A DNA stretch of 64,000 nt from Paramoeba atlantica (lineage: Eukaryota > Protista > Discosea), in NCBI GenBank assembly GCA_977017575.1, contig CDRNVI010000018.1:124001-188000 (forward strand), read 5' to 3'. The notes below the pieces were generated by a model. It was not told where the DNA came from. It searched no databases and saw only the letters and a program-made list of their open reading frames with translations. Made by a program: the position numbers and the translations under genes. Of the stretch, positions 9,970 through 20,498 are shown one piece after another. The stretch's first letter is position 1. The number at the start of each line of letters is the position of its first letter.

Positions 9970-12927
9970 CTAGGGTTTTCCTTCAATATGACTGTCTAGC
10001 TTACCAATATGATGATGCTGATTATCGCTGTATTTGTCGATGTTGCCTTTATATTTCTCAACCTTCTCTCTCTCAATCTCCTTCCCGCGACTGACAGCAT
10101 CCGCCGGGTTCTCATCCGTGGATATGTACGCTGCCTTGACACAAATACCTTTGTCCTCTGTCAGTCGCAGGACTTCGCGCAATTCCATTGAAACCCCCTC
10201 TGACTTGGAGATCCTCCTGTTCAGTGCAGCCTGACAGGAGGTGTTGTCAACAAAAACATCCAAGCAGGTTCCACGGGGGCAATGCGCGGAAAACTTCTCG
10301 AGGGCTAAGCGGACTGCTGCAGCTTCCGCACGGTTCACCTCATACGAGGATGACTCAGGCCACGCCTCACCCGTAATCAAAACCTCTCCGCTGTCTAAAT
10401 ACATAATCGCTCCCCATCCTTTCACCGAGGCATCGGTGTAGAGACGATGCTTGTGTGGAACAACATCGGGATGGGGAGGTGGAGACCGTGGAACATTCTC
10501 CAGCAACTCGTTTCTCCATTCTGCTAGCATGGAGCGAGTGACGACAGGGAGTGCGACCGGACGGTCACATAACTTCGGGCAACGGTTCAACAAGTTGATA
10601 CGCCGTTGCGCCACCTTCAAAGCGAAATAAAACCGCGGCATATTGAGTCGGAGAACTGCGGAGCCATAAATGAGGCGCCCCACCACCGCCTCTAGGTCAA
10701 CAAAGGAAATGTTGAAGAAAGAGTCGGCTCGCAGTTTCCTGATCACTCGCGGTCCCAGGCAGACCGTATGCGCGTTATGGTCGAACGCCACCCCATTGAA
10801 CACGTACTGTGCTACAGGGGGCTGACCCCGATCTTTAAAAAGACCGTTCGCCTTGTCGCAACGCTCGTCAATGAACTGAGCGTACGTGGTGGCCTCGGAG
10901 TGGGTTCCTGCAAACCGAACTCCGTCAACATAAACGTCGATAGCGCCTCGGTGAAACGAGTAGCGCTGAGAACAAATCGACGCCTCGCCAGCAATCGCGG
11001 CGGTAACCGTGTGCATAACCTCCGGTGCACACCTATGGCCCATCGGGAGGACGTTCATCTCAAACACGTCTCCACTGTTCGTTCTAAGGCGGAATTTGGG
11101 CCGCGCCCTCTTTGGGATACCAATCTGGTAAAATCCGCACGTGAAGTCCCGCTTCACAGCCATCGGCTCGTGCGCCTTATGAAGATACTTGGAGGGATGA
11201 TATAATGGGACCTGTGGTTCATATGATTTTAATCTATCGTTATCGTCCCTTGTCCATGAAATAAATCTTCTGCGCTGATTGCCCTCATCATCGGTCTCCA
11301 CAACCGTGAAGGGAATCATGAACTGCATCGATGGGCGCTTTCTCAACTCCTGCGCCGGGACCTTGGAGATTATGCCTGCATCCTCCAACAATCGGACGTC
11401 CGCCTCAGGCAATGAACCTTTCACACTAGGTTCGGGGTACGGGGCTTTAGGTACCCATAATAATTCATCCACTACCTTGCGAAAACGAGTGGCAGCTGAC
11501 AGACTCATCCACTCCTTAACCTGATCCAAATGGATAACAGGTATCGACTTCTTAACGTGCAAAGGTAGGTGAGCGTCGTGTGCCTTGGCTAGCCGTGAAG
11601 AGCGGCGTGCACAAACAACGGAGTGCCTGCGAAGGTAAGGCACTTCCTCGAAGCACTTTGCCACGTGCTCCGAGGTTACAGCACTGGGAGACGTGCTGAG
11701 ACTCTCTGCGTCCCGAGAGCCCTTGCCGTTGTAATACTGCTTGCGTTGTAGCGCAACAGTGATTCGACGTTGAGGTGTTTCGTGAGGTTCTGGACGTCCT
11801 CCATCCTGAGATTCCCGAGGGAGATCTCGTGGAATAGGTAAGTAATTGCACCTCTTTTTATGGAATGTGTTCCATACCCCGGACCGAGAAGTTGATTCAT
11901 CCTGTGGTCCATCTCCCGGACCGTCGTGTAACACAGGCGCTGGCCTGGTCTCAAACTTCCCACAAACTGAGCCAGTTCGGGTGTCCCCGGTCCAGTCACT
12001 ATCGCGTAGAGGTACGGCCGGTAAGGATTCAGACGGGTTGTCTTGGTCCCCCTGCCCCAATAAATGATTACCTCGTGACTGGCCACACTCACGAACTGCT
12101 CCCGCCTCAGGTCGGCGGTCTCGGTCCATCTCGCAGCGGCTTTCCAACACAGGAGGCAACACATGCTCTCCTTTACGTCGAGATGACGTCTCAGCTTCTT
12201 TAGAAGAAGTGGCGTGATTGGTAGCATCTGCCGCGTGGGTTCTAGCCCCCCCTGCGCTTGCAGGGCCTTTACGTAGAGACTCAATGGGGTACCTTCGATT
12301 CCCATGAGCTCGAACAGAGTCCTCAATGCCCCTGCGTACCCCATGCGCGTCGAGGTAGCGAGAGGCAGAGTCTCCAGGAAGAGCACCGCGTTTGCAGGAT
12401 TCGCGGTGATTCCCTTCGCCTGGCAATACTCGCGCAGGCGGAACCACAGTCGCTCCCTTGTGGCCCACGTGGCCGTTGCCCACATGGGCTGGAGCGCCTC
12501 GTTCATCTGGGTGGCGCGCGGGTCCTCGGGGGGCATTCGAAGAATCGCCCTCAGCAACTCCTGGCGGCGTCCTCCTGGAGGCTGCGCGGCGTCGGCGGTT
12601 ACGACGGCAGCGGTTTTGGCGGCGGCGGTCTTGGCGGCGGTGTAAACGGGAACGGGAAGCCGGGGTAGAGGACGGATTGGGAGGGAGACGCTTCTGCGCC
12701 TTAGACGTAACGGGGAGAGAGGGCGGGGAGGAGGAGTAGTGCCACGCACGCGTGGCCGTCTTTCGCGCTGGCGGAGAGACGGGGAGGAAACGGGGGTAAG
12801 AATATCCACCCGTCGTCGCCTGGGACGACGGGCACGAGCAGTAATTGGGGTGGGGGGCATTTCCTAGTGGAAAGCCCGTGTTGCGCCGTAACGGTTGGCG
12901 CCGCCCACCACCCCGCCGCGAAAATCC
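9970..12927 (-). CDS. Pol (RT + RNase H) of A1; frame open from the GGATTTT site (track 9970-12483)
   Basis: KRDFTCGFYQI, LPMGHRCAPE, YVDGV, LYTDAS, NRAEAAA, FVDNTS, NPADAVSR; upstream frame checked by hand and stop-free. Confidence 0.92.
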   Translation of the reverse strand, partial: GFSRRGGGRRQPLRRNTGFPLGNAPHPNYCSCPSSQATTGGYSYPRFLPVSPPARKTATRAWHYSSSPPSLPVTSKAQKRLPPNPSSTPASRSRLHRRQDRRRQNRCRRNRRRRAASRRTPPGVAEGDSSNAPRGPARHPDERGAPAHVGNGHVGHKGATVVPPARVLPGEGNHRESCKRGALPGDSASRYLDAHGVRRGIEDSVRAHGNRRYPIESLRKGPASAGGARTHAADATNHATSSKEAETSSRRKGEHVLPPVLESRCEMDRDRRPEAGAVRECGQSRGNHLLGQGDQDNPSESLPAVPLRDSDWTGDTRTGSVCGKFETRPAPVLHDGPGDGPQDESTSRSGVWNTFHKKRCNYLPIPRDLPRESQDGGRPEPHETPQRRITVALQRKQYYNGKGSRDAESLSTSPSAVTSEHVAKCFEEVPYLRRHSVVCARRSSRLAKAHDAHLPLHVKKSIPVIHLDQVKEWMSLSAATRFRKVVDELLWVPKAPYPEPSVKGSLPEADVRLLEDAGIISKVPAQELRKRPSMQFMIPFTVVETDDEGNQRRRFISWTRDDNDRLKSYEPQVPLYHPSKYLHKAHEPMAVKRDFTCGFYQIGIPKRARPKFRLRTNSGDVFEMNVLPMGHRCAPEVMHTVTAAIAGEASICSQRYSFHRGAIDVYVDGVRFAGTHSEATTYAQFIDERCDKANGLFKDRGQPPVAQYVFNGVAFDHNAHTVCLGPRVIRKLRADSFFNISFVDLEAVVGRLIYGSAVLRLNMPRFYFALKVAQRRINLLNRCPKLCDRPVALPVVTRSMLAEWRNELLENVPRSPPPHPDVVPHKHRLYTDASVKGWGAIMYLDSGEVLITGEAWPESSSYEVNRAEAAAVRLALEKFSAHCPRGTCLDVFVDNTSCQAALNRRISKSEGVSMELREVLRLTEDKGICVKAAYISTDENPADAVSRGKEIEREKVEKYKGNIDKYSDNQHHHIGKLDSHIEGKP
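11676..12860 (-). CDS. Tyrosine recombinase of A1
   Basis: AARWTE, HSIKRGA, KHLNVESLLRY. Confidence 0.93.
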   Translation of the reverse strand: MPPTPITARARRPRRRRVDILTPVSSPSLRQRERRPRVRGTTPPPRPLSPLRLRRRSVSLPIRPLPRLPVPVYTAAKTAAAKTAAVVTADAAQPPGGRRQELLRAILRMPPEDPRATQMNEALQPMWATATWATRERLWFRLREYCQAKGITANPANAVLFLETLPLATSTRMGYAGALRTLFELMGIEGTPLSLYVKALQAQGGLEPTRQMLPITPLLLKKLRRHLDVKESMCCLLCWKAAARWTETADLRREQFVSVASHEVIIYWGRGTKTTRLNPYRPYLYAIVTGPGTPELAQFVGSLRPGQRLCYTTVREMDHRMNQLLGPGYGTHSIKRGAITYLFHEISLGNLRMEDVQNLTKHLNVESLLRYNASSITTARALGTQRVSARLPVL

Positions 12928-13362
12928 TGTTGCGGGGTGCGTGTGGTACGGAACTGCCCCCCCTGCTGTTGGGACGCTTGGGGGCAGTTCGATCGGAGGT
13001 GGCCTGGCTGATGACAGCCAAAACAGAAAGGTCCTTGGCTGCGTCGACGAGGAGCACGCTGCGCAGTCCGGCCCCTCAGTTGCTCGTCAACCACAAGCTG
13101 ACCGTAGCGGTCCTGAGGGTCGTCGTCACGGTGCAACCGCTGTTGCACACGCTCGACAGCAACGCCCGCCGCAGCCCAATAATGGTTGCGAAGCTCTTCG
13201 ATGATGAGAAGGGCTACGGCGAGGTTGTGCTTCTCTAGCCATCCCTCCGTATTGCACGCAGCGTACACCCATTCAGTTAACATCTTGAACAGGCGCTCAC
13301 GCTGCGGCGGAGGGTTGAAGCGTACCCCAAGCTGCGGAGCTTCGCGCAGCTCACGGATGAGT
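12864..13362 (-). pseudogene. Gag C-terminal part of A1, split off by the CRE-1 insertion
   Basis: CFGCHQPGHLRSNC; rejoins 23972 across TSD ATGAGT. Confidence 0.9.
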
Positions 13363-13422
13363 GAGAATGGCCCTATACGGCGAAAATGTCCTCCAACTCA
13401 CCTCCCATACACTTGGCCAAAA

Positions 13423-13625
13423 GAAATCCACACCGAGGGGCCGCACAGGAAAAGGTTGATCTTAATTGAATCTTTATTTTTATGCTTTTTTGTGTTTAAT
13501 ACAGTACATAAAATATCTTTTTCCATAATAAGGAAAGGTCTCTCCGGGTATGCTCTCTGCTATTTTATCTAGAAGATTTATCCCGCTATACCCATTTGTC
13601 GTGGCAATATCCGAGTAAACTATTA
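13423..13625 (-). mobile_element. 203-bp non-coding mini-element with VIPER-type termini
   Basis: Minus-strand ends TAATAGTTTACTCGG...CCCCTCGGTGTGGATTTC parallel the family A and B ends. Confidence 0.7.
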
Positions 13626-13795
13626 AAACAAGCAAAATTCACTCCAAACAAACAAAATTCACTCCTTGGTTCCTCCTATTGTAAAGCATATTGAGAAAAG
13701 TACAGACATTAACAGCAGCAATACTCTCCATGAGCTCTTTATCTGAAATAAGTTAATATCAACTTAGATCATGAGATGATATCAACGTAGATGAC

Positions 13796-14932
13796 TTGTT
13801 GAAGGCGCTATATAACGAAACTACCGCAGCTGTGTCCTTAAAAGGGGGGATTACGAGTGATACCTTTGCAACGCGATGCGGAGTAAAACAGGGATGCCCC
13901 CTGAGCTGTGTGATATTCAACGCGATTATGGACTGCTTAATGAGAAAACTCATCGCCACAAAATTTCCAGGCATCAATATTAAATGGAGAATACCGAGAG
14001 GTAAGAGACACTTAGGGGACGTGGTGCAGGGAAGCGAAACAATCGGCCTCCTAACATACGCAGACGACATCGTTATCTGGTCGGACAAAGAGGAAGAGCT
14101 CAAGAACTGTATTGAGTGTTTTTCTGACATATCAAAAATCTGGGGTATGTCAGTTAATACCAATAAAACAAAATATCAAGTTTTACAGCCATCAAATTCT
14201 AACGAACGACGAACATCATGCATGAGTGTGGGCGAGAAAAACCTACAGCAGGTCGAGAACTATCGATATTTGGGGTCCACAATACAAGACAACGCTAAAT
14301 TCGACTCGGAAATGGTCAGTAGAGTACAGAGTGCACAGGGCAAACTAACCGGACTGAATCTCATTTGGAAAAGTCGCATCATCTCCAGAAAGACCAAAGG
14401 AATATTGTTCAAAACTTGCGTAATACCAAGGTTAACATATGGGTGCTCGACGTGGTGCTTATCACGTCACAACTTTCGAGATTTAAACATGAGCTACATT
14501 AGCATGGTGAAACGGGCGTTCCTGATACGCAGTACCAGAAAGAAGCAGGAAACAGAAAGACAATCAGAAGAGGATGCTATCGAATACCTATCGCATTCAG
14601 AAATCTTACGATTAGCAAAACTAGCACCGCTACAACCTACTATAGACTGCAGAGTCCTATTTTACGCAGGTCACATAGCCAGAATGGACAGCGAGCGAAC
14701 TCCTAACAAAATATTGTTTGGCGAACAAGAAGGAAAAATGCAACGAGGAGGACAAACCTATACGTACGCTAAAACAATAAGGGATGCGCTGTCCCGAGCT
14801 GGAATGCCGAGCGACCAAACTTGGAAATACAGGGCGCAAAACAAAGATTCATGGAATGCGGCTATAACAGAATATAGGGACGAAAATAGTCCAAGCCACA
14901 AGAAAAGAAGGAAGAAACATGGGTTTAATTAG
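13796..14932 (+). CDS. RT C-terminal part, RTE-like
   Basis: GVKQGCPLS, YADD, YRYLGS, YGCSTW, YAGHIARM. Confidence 0.9.
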   Translation: MLKALYNETTAAVSLKGGITSDTFATRCGVKQGCPLSCVIFNAIMDCLMRKLIATKFPGINIKWRIPRGKRHLGDVVQGSETIGLLTYADDIVIWSDKEEELKNCIECFSDISKIWGMSVNTNKTKYQVLQPSNSNERRTSCMSVGEKNLQQVENYRYLGSTIQDNAKFDSEMVSRVQSAQGKLTGLNLIWKSRIISRKTKGILFKTCVIPRLTYGCSTWCLSRHNFRDLNMSYISMVKRAFLIRSTRKKQETERQSEEDAIEYLSHSEILRLAKLAPLQPTIDCRVLFYAGHIARMDSERTPNKILFGEQEGKMQRGGQTYTYAKTIRDALSRAGMPSDQTWKYRAQNKDSWNAAITEYRDENSPSHKKRRKKHGFN

Positions 14933-15345
14933 TAAACACAAATATACGAATTCTCAATACTATTAAAATGTGAAGGGCACTGGTCGAGCTCCATTGTGGT
15001 CGAGCTCCGCTGGTGAGAGAGCCTCGCAAGCTCCACACACCCTAGCGTGAGTCATCCCTGGTGGTGGAACAGAATATAACGACTGATCCACTACTTCTTT
15101 GCCCTAGGATGCGAATCCATCGGGCATTGAAGTCACGGATGACGAGTCAGGCCACGCAACCTGACAGGTATTGCTTCTCTATCTGCGAGTGCGGCATCCC
15201 TCTGGGAAAGTCTGCGCGCGACTGACAGCGTACCACCCACGGAGTACGGTAATACCCGGTGCCGTTTCGCACGAGCACTAAATAACTAGGGTGTACTCTG
15301 AACCCATAGCCAGTCATGGCCAAACGGGTTAAACAACAACAACAA
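13796..15345 (+). mobile_element. 5'-truncated RTE-like non-LTR element
   Basis: TSD CAACGTAGATGAC at 13783-13795 and 15346-15358; ends in (CAA)n. Confidence 0.88.
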
Positions 15346-15408
15346 CAACGTAGATGACGGGGAATTTTATCAAATCAAATAGAGGTTGTAAGTGAAAGGA
15401 AATTCTGA

Positions 15409-16251
15409 TTAGTGTTCAAGTCCTCCGAGCCACTGAATTGGTGGAAAGTATTGTCGGAGTTGCGTGGCAATTGTGTACGCGTTCATCTTCTCTATTTCAA
15501 GTTGGAACGCTTCTTTGACATCCTTCACGTTTTGTTGTGACCGTTGTGCGAGCGAGACAATGAGAGTTTTCGTGTTGTTGTGCAACTGTCCTAATTCGGT
15601 CATTGCCAAGCAGCTGAAACTTTCTTTCGGTATGCCCCCTTGTACAACGTATTTTTTGTGCTTGCGCTCAAGGGCATTTTGGATTAACTGCTCGACGGAG
15701 GTTTTGGCATAGCTCGGGGCACAACTGTGAACTACGGTGACATCGTAGAGAATTTCTCCGAGATGGGACCACATGATACCGAGATCAGGGCCTGATCGCA
15801 TACGTCTTGCTCTGCATGGGTGATGTTCAGAGAGCTCTTCGGATATGGTGGCCTTACATTTGGTGCAGAAGAATGATGAATGTACTCGAGGTTCTATAAC
15901 ATGGGGCACCCCTGCTTTGGCACACAATTCACCTAGGAAACGGACTAATCGTGTGTGCTTCTTCGTTGCATTTATCCCACAGCATTGTGTACATCCAGGA
16001 ATGTGCTGGAAGATGGTATCAGAAGAATATTCTGTCAGGCATCCCGGGCATACCACACTCTTAGGCATATTTTCTGGCACTATTCCCAGGCGCATCATTA
16101 TACAGAAACGGAAGAGGTACGGATTGATGTAGTTGCTGGTTGATTGTAGGTGGTGAAATGATGCGGATCCTCGCTCCATTAGTTCTTTGAGGCGCATGTC
16201 CTTTCTCAGCTCGGTTGCCAATCGTTTTTGTTCAGATCGTATTGCTTTCAT
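15409..16251 (-). pseudogene. CRE-1 zinc knuckle and restriction-like endonuclease
   Basis: CPGC...HIPGC, SGPDLGIMW, YDVTVVH, K..KY. Confidence 0.85.
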
Positions 16252-16331
16252 GACTACTCGCTTGGAAGTATCATTCTTCTGGCTGTCACGTTCGTTCAGA
16301 GATCACTTGTCAGACTGTCACGTCCGCCGAG

Positions 16332-17209
16332 CTATTGCGGAAGTGTGGCGAGTTTTGCAGTAGGGCCCGTTGCATTAAACCAATGCTGAATAATACTGCC
16401 TACTTCCGCGTCGAACTGCTGGGCGATTTCAAGGGATGCTTCGGGCTTGTGTACTCGGAGGTGATAGTCTTGACGGGGGATGGTGCACCGATTCAGAATT
16501 GCGAGGGATAGGTTGCTCGGTCCCATGAGTCGAAGACGGCGAAAGAGACACTTGTGTTTGTCCATCTTTTTCTTTAGGCATTCACTTACCATCTCGTCCT
16601 GTCCGATATATGCACCTAGAATTTTCACTGTTTCTTGCGGGCAGGCTACCCCCATCGCTTGCAGAGTTTGGGGCGTCCATGGAGTGTCTGTTTTCTTGAA
16701 CCATTCGCATTTCTGGAAGTTCATTTCCAGTCCCAGAAGTCGTGAAGATTCGTGCAGGTGTAGAAAGGCGGTCTGCAAGGATAGGGGATTTGTTGATGAC
16801 AAGGTTATGTCGTCCATGTACGCTCGAACCGTTACATCTGGAAAGGACTCTTCGATTTCTTTGAGCGAATCCTGTATCAGGGCACAAAAGTATAGTGACG
16901 AAAGCGCTGAGCCCTGTCGAACGCCAGAAGTGCTCTTCACGATCGAATGGAGCGAGTTATTGGCAAAGAAGAGCAGATCAGACGAGTCCCCGTACTCAAG
17001 ATTAAAAATCCGCATGAAAGGTTTGAAGATGCCGTCTTTCTTGAGTGCTTCGAAGATTGCTTGACGCGTGGGGGTATTGTAGGCATTCTTATAATCGATC
17101 GCCAAGATGGCGTGTCCCTTGTCATATTCATCGAGCACCTCGTGAACAATTCCCTCGCACGCATTCTTTTGGAGGATCCCTCTTTGGACAGGCTGGAAAA
17201 ATTTCTTCA
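16332..17209 (-). pseudogene. CRE-1 RT core
   Basis: IDYKNAYN, GVRQGSALSS, AYMDD; rejoins 22257 as NEEKLKKFF. Confidence 0.9.
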
Positions 17210-17666
17210 GAAATCCACGGCGAGGGCATCCGGACATTAACATAATCAAATCACGAATATGATAAAGTAAAGAAGTATCTAATTGAAAACATAGCTTATG
17301 TTGAACGTCTACTTCTCGTTATGCTATGGTTCCTCTTATGATGCTAGTAGATTTCTCCTATTGCTGAATAACGCGCGCTGTATAAATATTCAAAAAAGGG
17401 GCCCTGGTACCACACAATTAAACTCAGAATGTTGAAGAAAAGGGAATACTTTGTGAAGGGGCTTAGCCCCCCACGCTCCGCAGCCGCCAACCCGCTCACT
17501 CGTAATGAATTCCTTGTCACTGGTAACTAAAATCACTACCTGTATGAAGAATGCTCGAAAATTGACCAGACTTTCGTAGCGTCTCCAAAACCTAAACGAA
17601 ACTTTTTTTTTTTTTTTATTATTATTCTATATAAACTAAATTTCATATAAATACGGTTGAATCGAA

Positions 17667-20498
17667 CTATCGTGCAAAATTCCTACTGACCGGGTCTGCC
17701 GGGTTGTCTTTCGTTGAGACGTAATCGGCCTTGATGCAGACGCCCCGGTCCTTCGCCCATTGCAAAACCTTACCGAGTTGGTTTGATATTCCTCCTGATT
17801 TTGAAATTTTTCTGTTTAGCGCTGCTTGGCACGAAGTGTTATCTACCCATAATTGCAAGCACGTGCCCCGGGTGAAATGTCTCTCCAACTTCTGGAGGGA
17901 AAGTCTAACGGCTGTCGCTTCTGCCCTATTTACTTCGTATTGCCAAGAGGATTTCCATTGCCCCCCCACGATGATCACTTCGCCTGAATCGAGGTAGAGG
18001 ATGCCTCCCCATCCTTTCGCTGAGGCGTCTGTATACAAATTATGCTCCCGGGGAGCTATTTCAGGATGCGGGAGAGGTTCAACCGGTATGTTCCTAACAA
18101 GTTCATTTCGCCACTGCCGTAGCATATCTCGTATTTTGTTCGGTAGATCCACTACCTCTTCGGCCATCTCCGGCATGCGGTTTAACAAGTTTATGCGGCG
18201 TTGACATATTTTAAGGGCGAAATAGTATTTTGGAATAATAATTCCCACTACTGAGGAGCAGTACAGGAGGCGCCCCACCGTCGCCTCGAGCTCCAGAAAT
18301 GTAGTACGTGTAAATTGATCCTTCTCCAATTTTGCGACAACTTTGGGTCCCAGGTTGACCTTGTGTACGCGATGGTCGTACCTAACACCGTTAAATACGT
18401 ACTCCTTCATGGGAAGGAGTCCCGAGTCTTTAAAGCGCGCTCCTGTCTCTTGCGCGCGGTCATCAACCCATTTCTTGTACTGACAGGCCTGCTGATCTGT
18501 ACCAGCAAACCGTACACCGTCCACGTAGATATCTAATGCGCCTTGTGAAAAGGTTGATTTACAGTATCCCTTCATACCGGCGATCGTAGCCGTGACTGTG
18601 TGCATCAATTCCGGGGCGCACCGATGCCCCATCGGCAAAACGCGCATTTCATACAACACCCCCGTGTCTGAATAAAACCGAAATTTTTGACGACATTCCT
18701 GCGGAATCGAGATTTGATAAAAACCACATACTAGGTCCCTCTTCAGACCTGACTGCGCCTTAACTCTATGCAAATATTTAGATGGATGTAGTAGGGGTAC
18801 CTGGGGAACGTATTCACTCAGCCGAGCGTTGTCAGAACGCGTCCAAGAAATAAATCGTCGACGTTGCTTGCCCTCATCGTCCGTTTCAATTACCGTGAAA
18901 GGAACCAGAAATTGCATTGAGGGACGTTTGTTTTCTTCCTTTTCGGATACCGCAGAAATAATACCATGCTTAAGTAAGAGCTCGTGATCTGTATGGCTCA
19001 AACTTCCTTTCATACGAGGAGATGTTTCAGGGCAAGATGGCATGCGTAATAATTCTTTCCAAACCTGTTCGAATCTTGAGGCGGTAGCTGTAGACATCCA
19101 GCTTCGAATTTTATTCATGTCAATAGTTGGAACTCCCGGCTTGACGTGTAACGGAATATGAAAGTCCTTCGGCTTTGCTAACTTAGAACTCCGGCGTGCA
19201 CAAACTAATGTATGTCGTTTTAAGTAAGGGACTTCTTTATAACACTCTTGCATTTCTACTGGAGAAAGGGTCCGGGCAATCGCGCTGACACTCGGTGCGT
19301 GCCCAGTGCTCTTGCTGTCGTCAACTGCTGAGCATTGTATCGGAGAAGACTCTCTAAGCTCAGATGCTTTGTGAGGATTTGCACCTCCGACAAGTTGAGG
19401 TGGCCGTTGGCGACTTCCTGAAGTAGATACGTTACAGCCCCCCGTTTTATAGAGTGGGTGCCATACCCGTTTCCTAGCACCCTTCTTATTTCGTGGTCCA
19501 TCTCTCGAACTGTGGTCCTGCACAGTTTTTGGTTTTTCGGAAGGCGTCTCAAGTAATTCGCTATTTGCTCTGTCCCCGGTCCTGATATTATGGCGTGCAT
19601 GTATGGGCGGTATGGATTGAGACGTGTTGTCTTTGTGCTTCTTCCCCAATAAATCACGATTTCCTGCTCGGCAATGCTCAGAAATTGGTCGGCCTGTAGC
19701 TCGGCGACTTCCGTCCAGCGCGCTGCAGCCTTCCAGCAAATCAAGATTGCGATGGCCTGTGATGGCGTGACGCTTTTGTAAAGTTTCGTTAGCAGATACT
19801 GTGTTAGAGGTTGCATCTGTCGATGAGGTTCGAGAGCTCCCTGCGCTTGCAGCGCCTTTGAGTATAATTTCAGAGGAATTGTGTTTTCGTTCATTAGAGT
19901 GTACATCGTATGCAACCCGCGGGCGTACGCTAATCTTGTCGACATTGCCAATTTTTGTGCATCGAGGAATAAAACGGCGTTGAGAGCGGAAGGCTGTATC
20001 ATTTTTACTCGACAAAAGTCCTCCATTCGACTCCATATTGCCTCTCTCGACCTCCACGTAGTGTGAGCCCACATGGGACGAATTGCGTCTCGTAACACCG
20101 GAGCGTTCGCGTCCTCGGTCTGGATCCCTAACATTTTGTTTGTCAACATAACGCGTCTCACTCTTGCTGTCATCGGCAACTCGGCGCGGTTCGAACTTCT
20201 CTTCACACATATATGATCCGTCAAGCTTGCGTTTTGACTTGTCTGTGTCACGAGTAACGGCCTCCTGGCCCTCTTCTGATTTCCGTCGGTGCTCACATAT
20301 CGAGCACCGTTCCATACAAACTTTATGCGCGAAGCGCACAAGTATCCTGGCAATTTCGCTCGCTGCCTCTTCAAGGCTCGAGCACGAGTAGGAATTTTTG
20401 GGGTGGGGGACAATCCCTATTGGATCGTCCGTCTTTCGCCGCGACGGAACGTTGTCTGCGTCTGTGCAGCGCCACTCGCCACCCCCCGGGAGAAAACC
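17667..20498 (-). CDS. Pol (RT + RNase H) of B2 (track 17667-20339; frame open to 20549)
   Basis: RDLVCGFYQI, YVDGV, LYTDAS, WVDNTS, NPADPVSR. Confidence 0.92.
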   Translation of the reverse strand, partial: GFLPGGGEWRCTDADNVPSRRKTDDPIGIVPHPKNSYSCSSLEEAASEIARILVRFAHKVCMERCSICEHRRKSEEGQEAVTRDTDKSKRKLDGSYMCEEKFEPRRVADDSKSETRYVDKQNVRDPDRGRERSGVTRRNSSHVGSHYVEVERGNMESNGGLLSSKNDTAFRSQRRFIPRCTKIGNVDKISVRPRVAYDVHSNERKHNSSEIILKGAASAGSSRTSSTDATSNTVSANETLQKRHAITGHRNLDLLEGCSALDGSRRATGRPISEHCRAGNRDLLGKKHKDNTSQSIPPIHARHNIRTGDRANSELLETPSEKPKTVQDHSSRDGPRNKKGARKRVWHPLYKTGGCNVSTSGSRQRPPQLVGGANPHKASELRESSPIQCSAVDDSKSTGHAPSVSAIARTLSPVEMQECYKEVPYLKRHTLVCARRSSKLAKPKDFHIPLHVKPGVPTIDMNKIRSWMSTATASRFEQVWKELLRMPSCPETSPRMKGSLSHTDHELLLKHGIISAVSEKEENKRPSMQFLVPFTVIETDDEGKQRRRFISWTRSDNARLSEYVPQVPLLHPSKYLHRVKAQSGLKRDLVCGFYQISIPQECRQKFRFYSDTGVLYEMRVLPMGHRCAPELMHTVTATIAGMKGYCKSTFSQGALDIYVDGVRFAGTDQQACQYKKWVDDRAQETGARFKDSGLLPMKEYVFNGVRYDHRVHKVNLGPKVVAKLEKDQFTRTTFLELEATVGRLLYCSSVVGIIIPKYYFALKICQRRINLLNRMPEMAEEVVDLPNKIRDMLRQWRNELVRNIPVEPLPHPEIAPREHNLYTDASAKGWGGILYLDSGEVIIVGGQWKSSWQYEVNRAEATAVRLSLQKLERHFTRGTCLQLWVDNTSCQAALNRKISKSGGISNQLGKVLQWAKDRGVCIKADYVSTKDNPADPVSRNFAR
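19256..20413 (-). CDS. Tyrosine recombinase of B2
   Basis: AARWTE, HSIKRGA, KHLSLESLLRY. Confidence 0.93.
   Translation of the reverse strand: MSPTPKIPTRARALKRQRAKLPGYLCASRIKFVWNGARYVSTDGNQKRARRPLLVTQTSQNASLTDHICVKRSSNRAELPMTARVRRVMLTNKMLGIQTEDANAPVLRDAIRPMWAHTTWRSREAIWSRMEDFCRVKMIQPSALNAVLFLDAQKLAMSTRLAYARGLHTMYTLMNENTIPLKLYSKALQAQGALEPHRQMQPLTQYLLTKLYKSVTPSQAIAILICWKAAARWTEVAELQADQFLSIAEQEIVIYWGRSTKTTRLNPYRPYMHAIISGPGTEQIANYLRRLPKNQKLCRTTVREMDHEIRRVLGNGYGTHSIKRGAVTYLLQEVANGHLNLSEVQILTKHLSLESLLRYNAQQLTTARALGTHRVSARLPGPFLQ

Noticed and set aside
9334-10094. Poly-Phe/poly-Lys ORFs (also 31455-31859, 32294-32692, 57335-57865)
   Set aside because: Translations of poly(A)/poly(T) tails.
10768-11205. 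Recurrent antisense ORFs over pol, YR and gag (also 33967, 46317 and similar)
   Set aside because: They recur only because the copies are near-identical, and are not shared by families B or C.
14960-15300. Ribozyme or tRNA-derived head in the RTE 3' UTR
   Set aside because: GC-rich and probably structured, but no hammerhead, HDV or A/B-box consensus was recognisable by eye.
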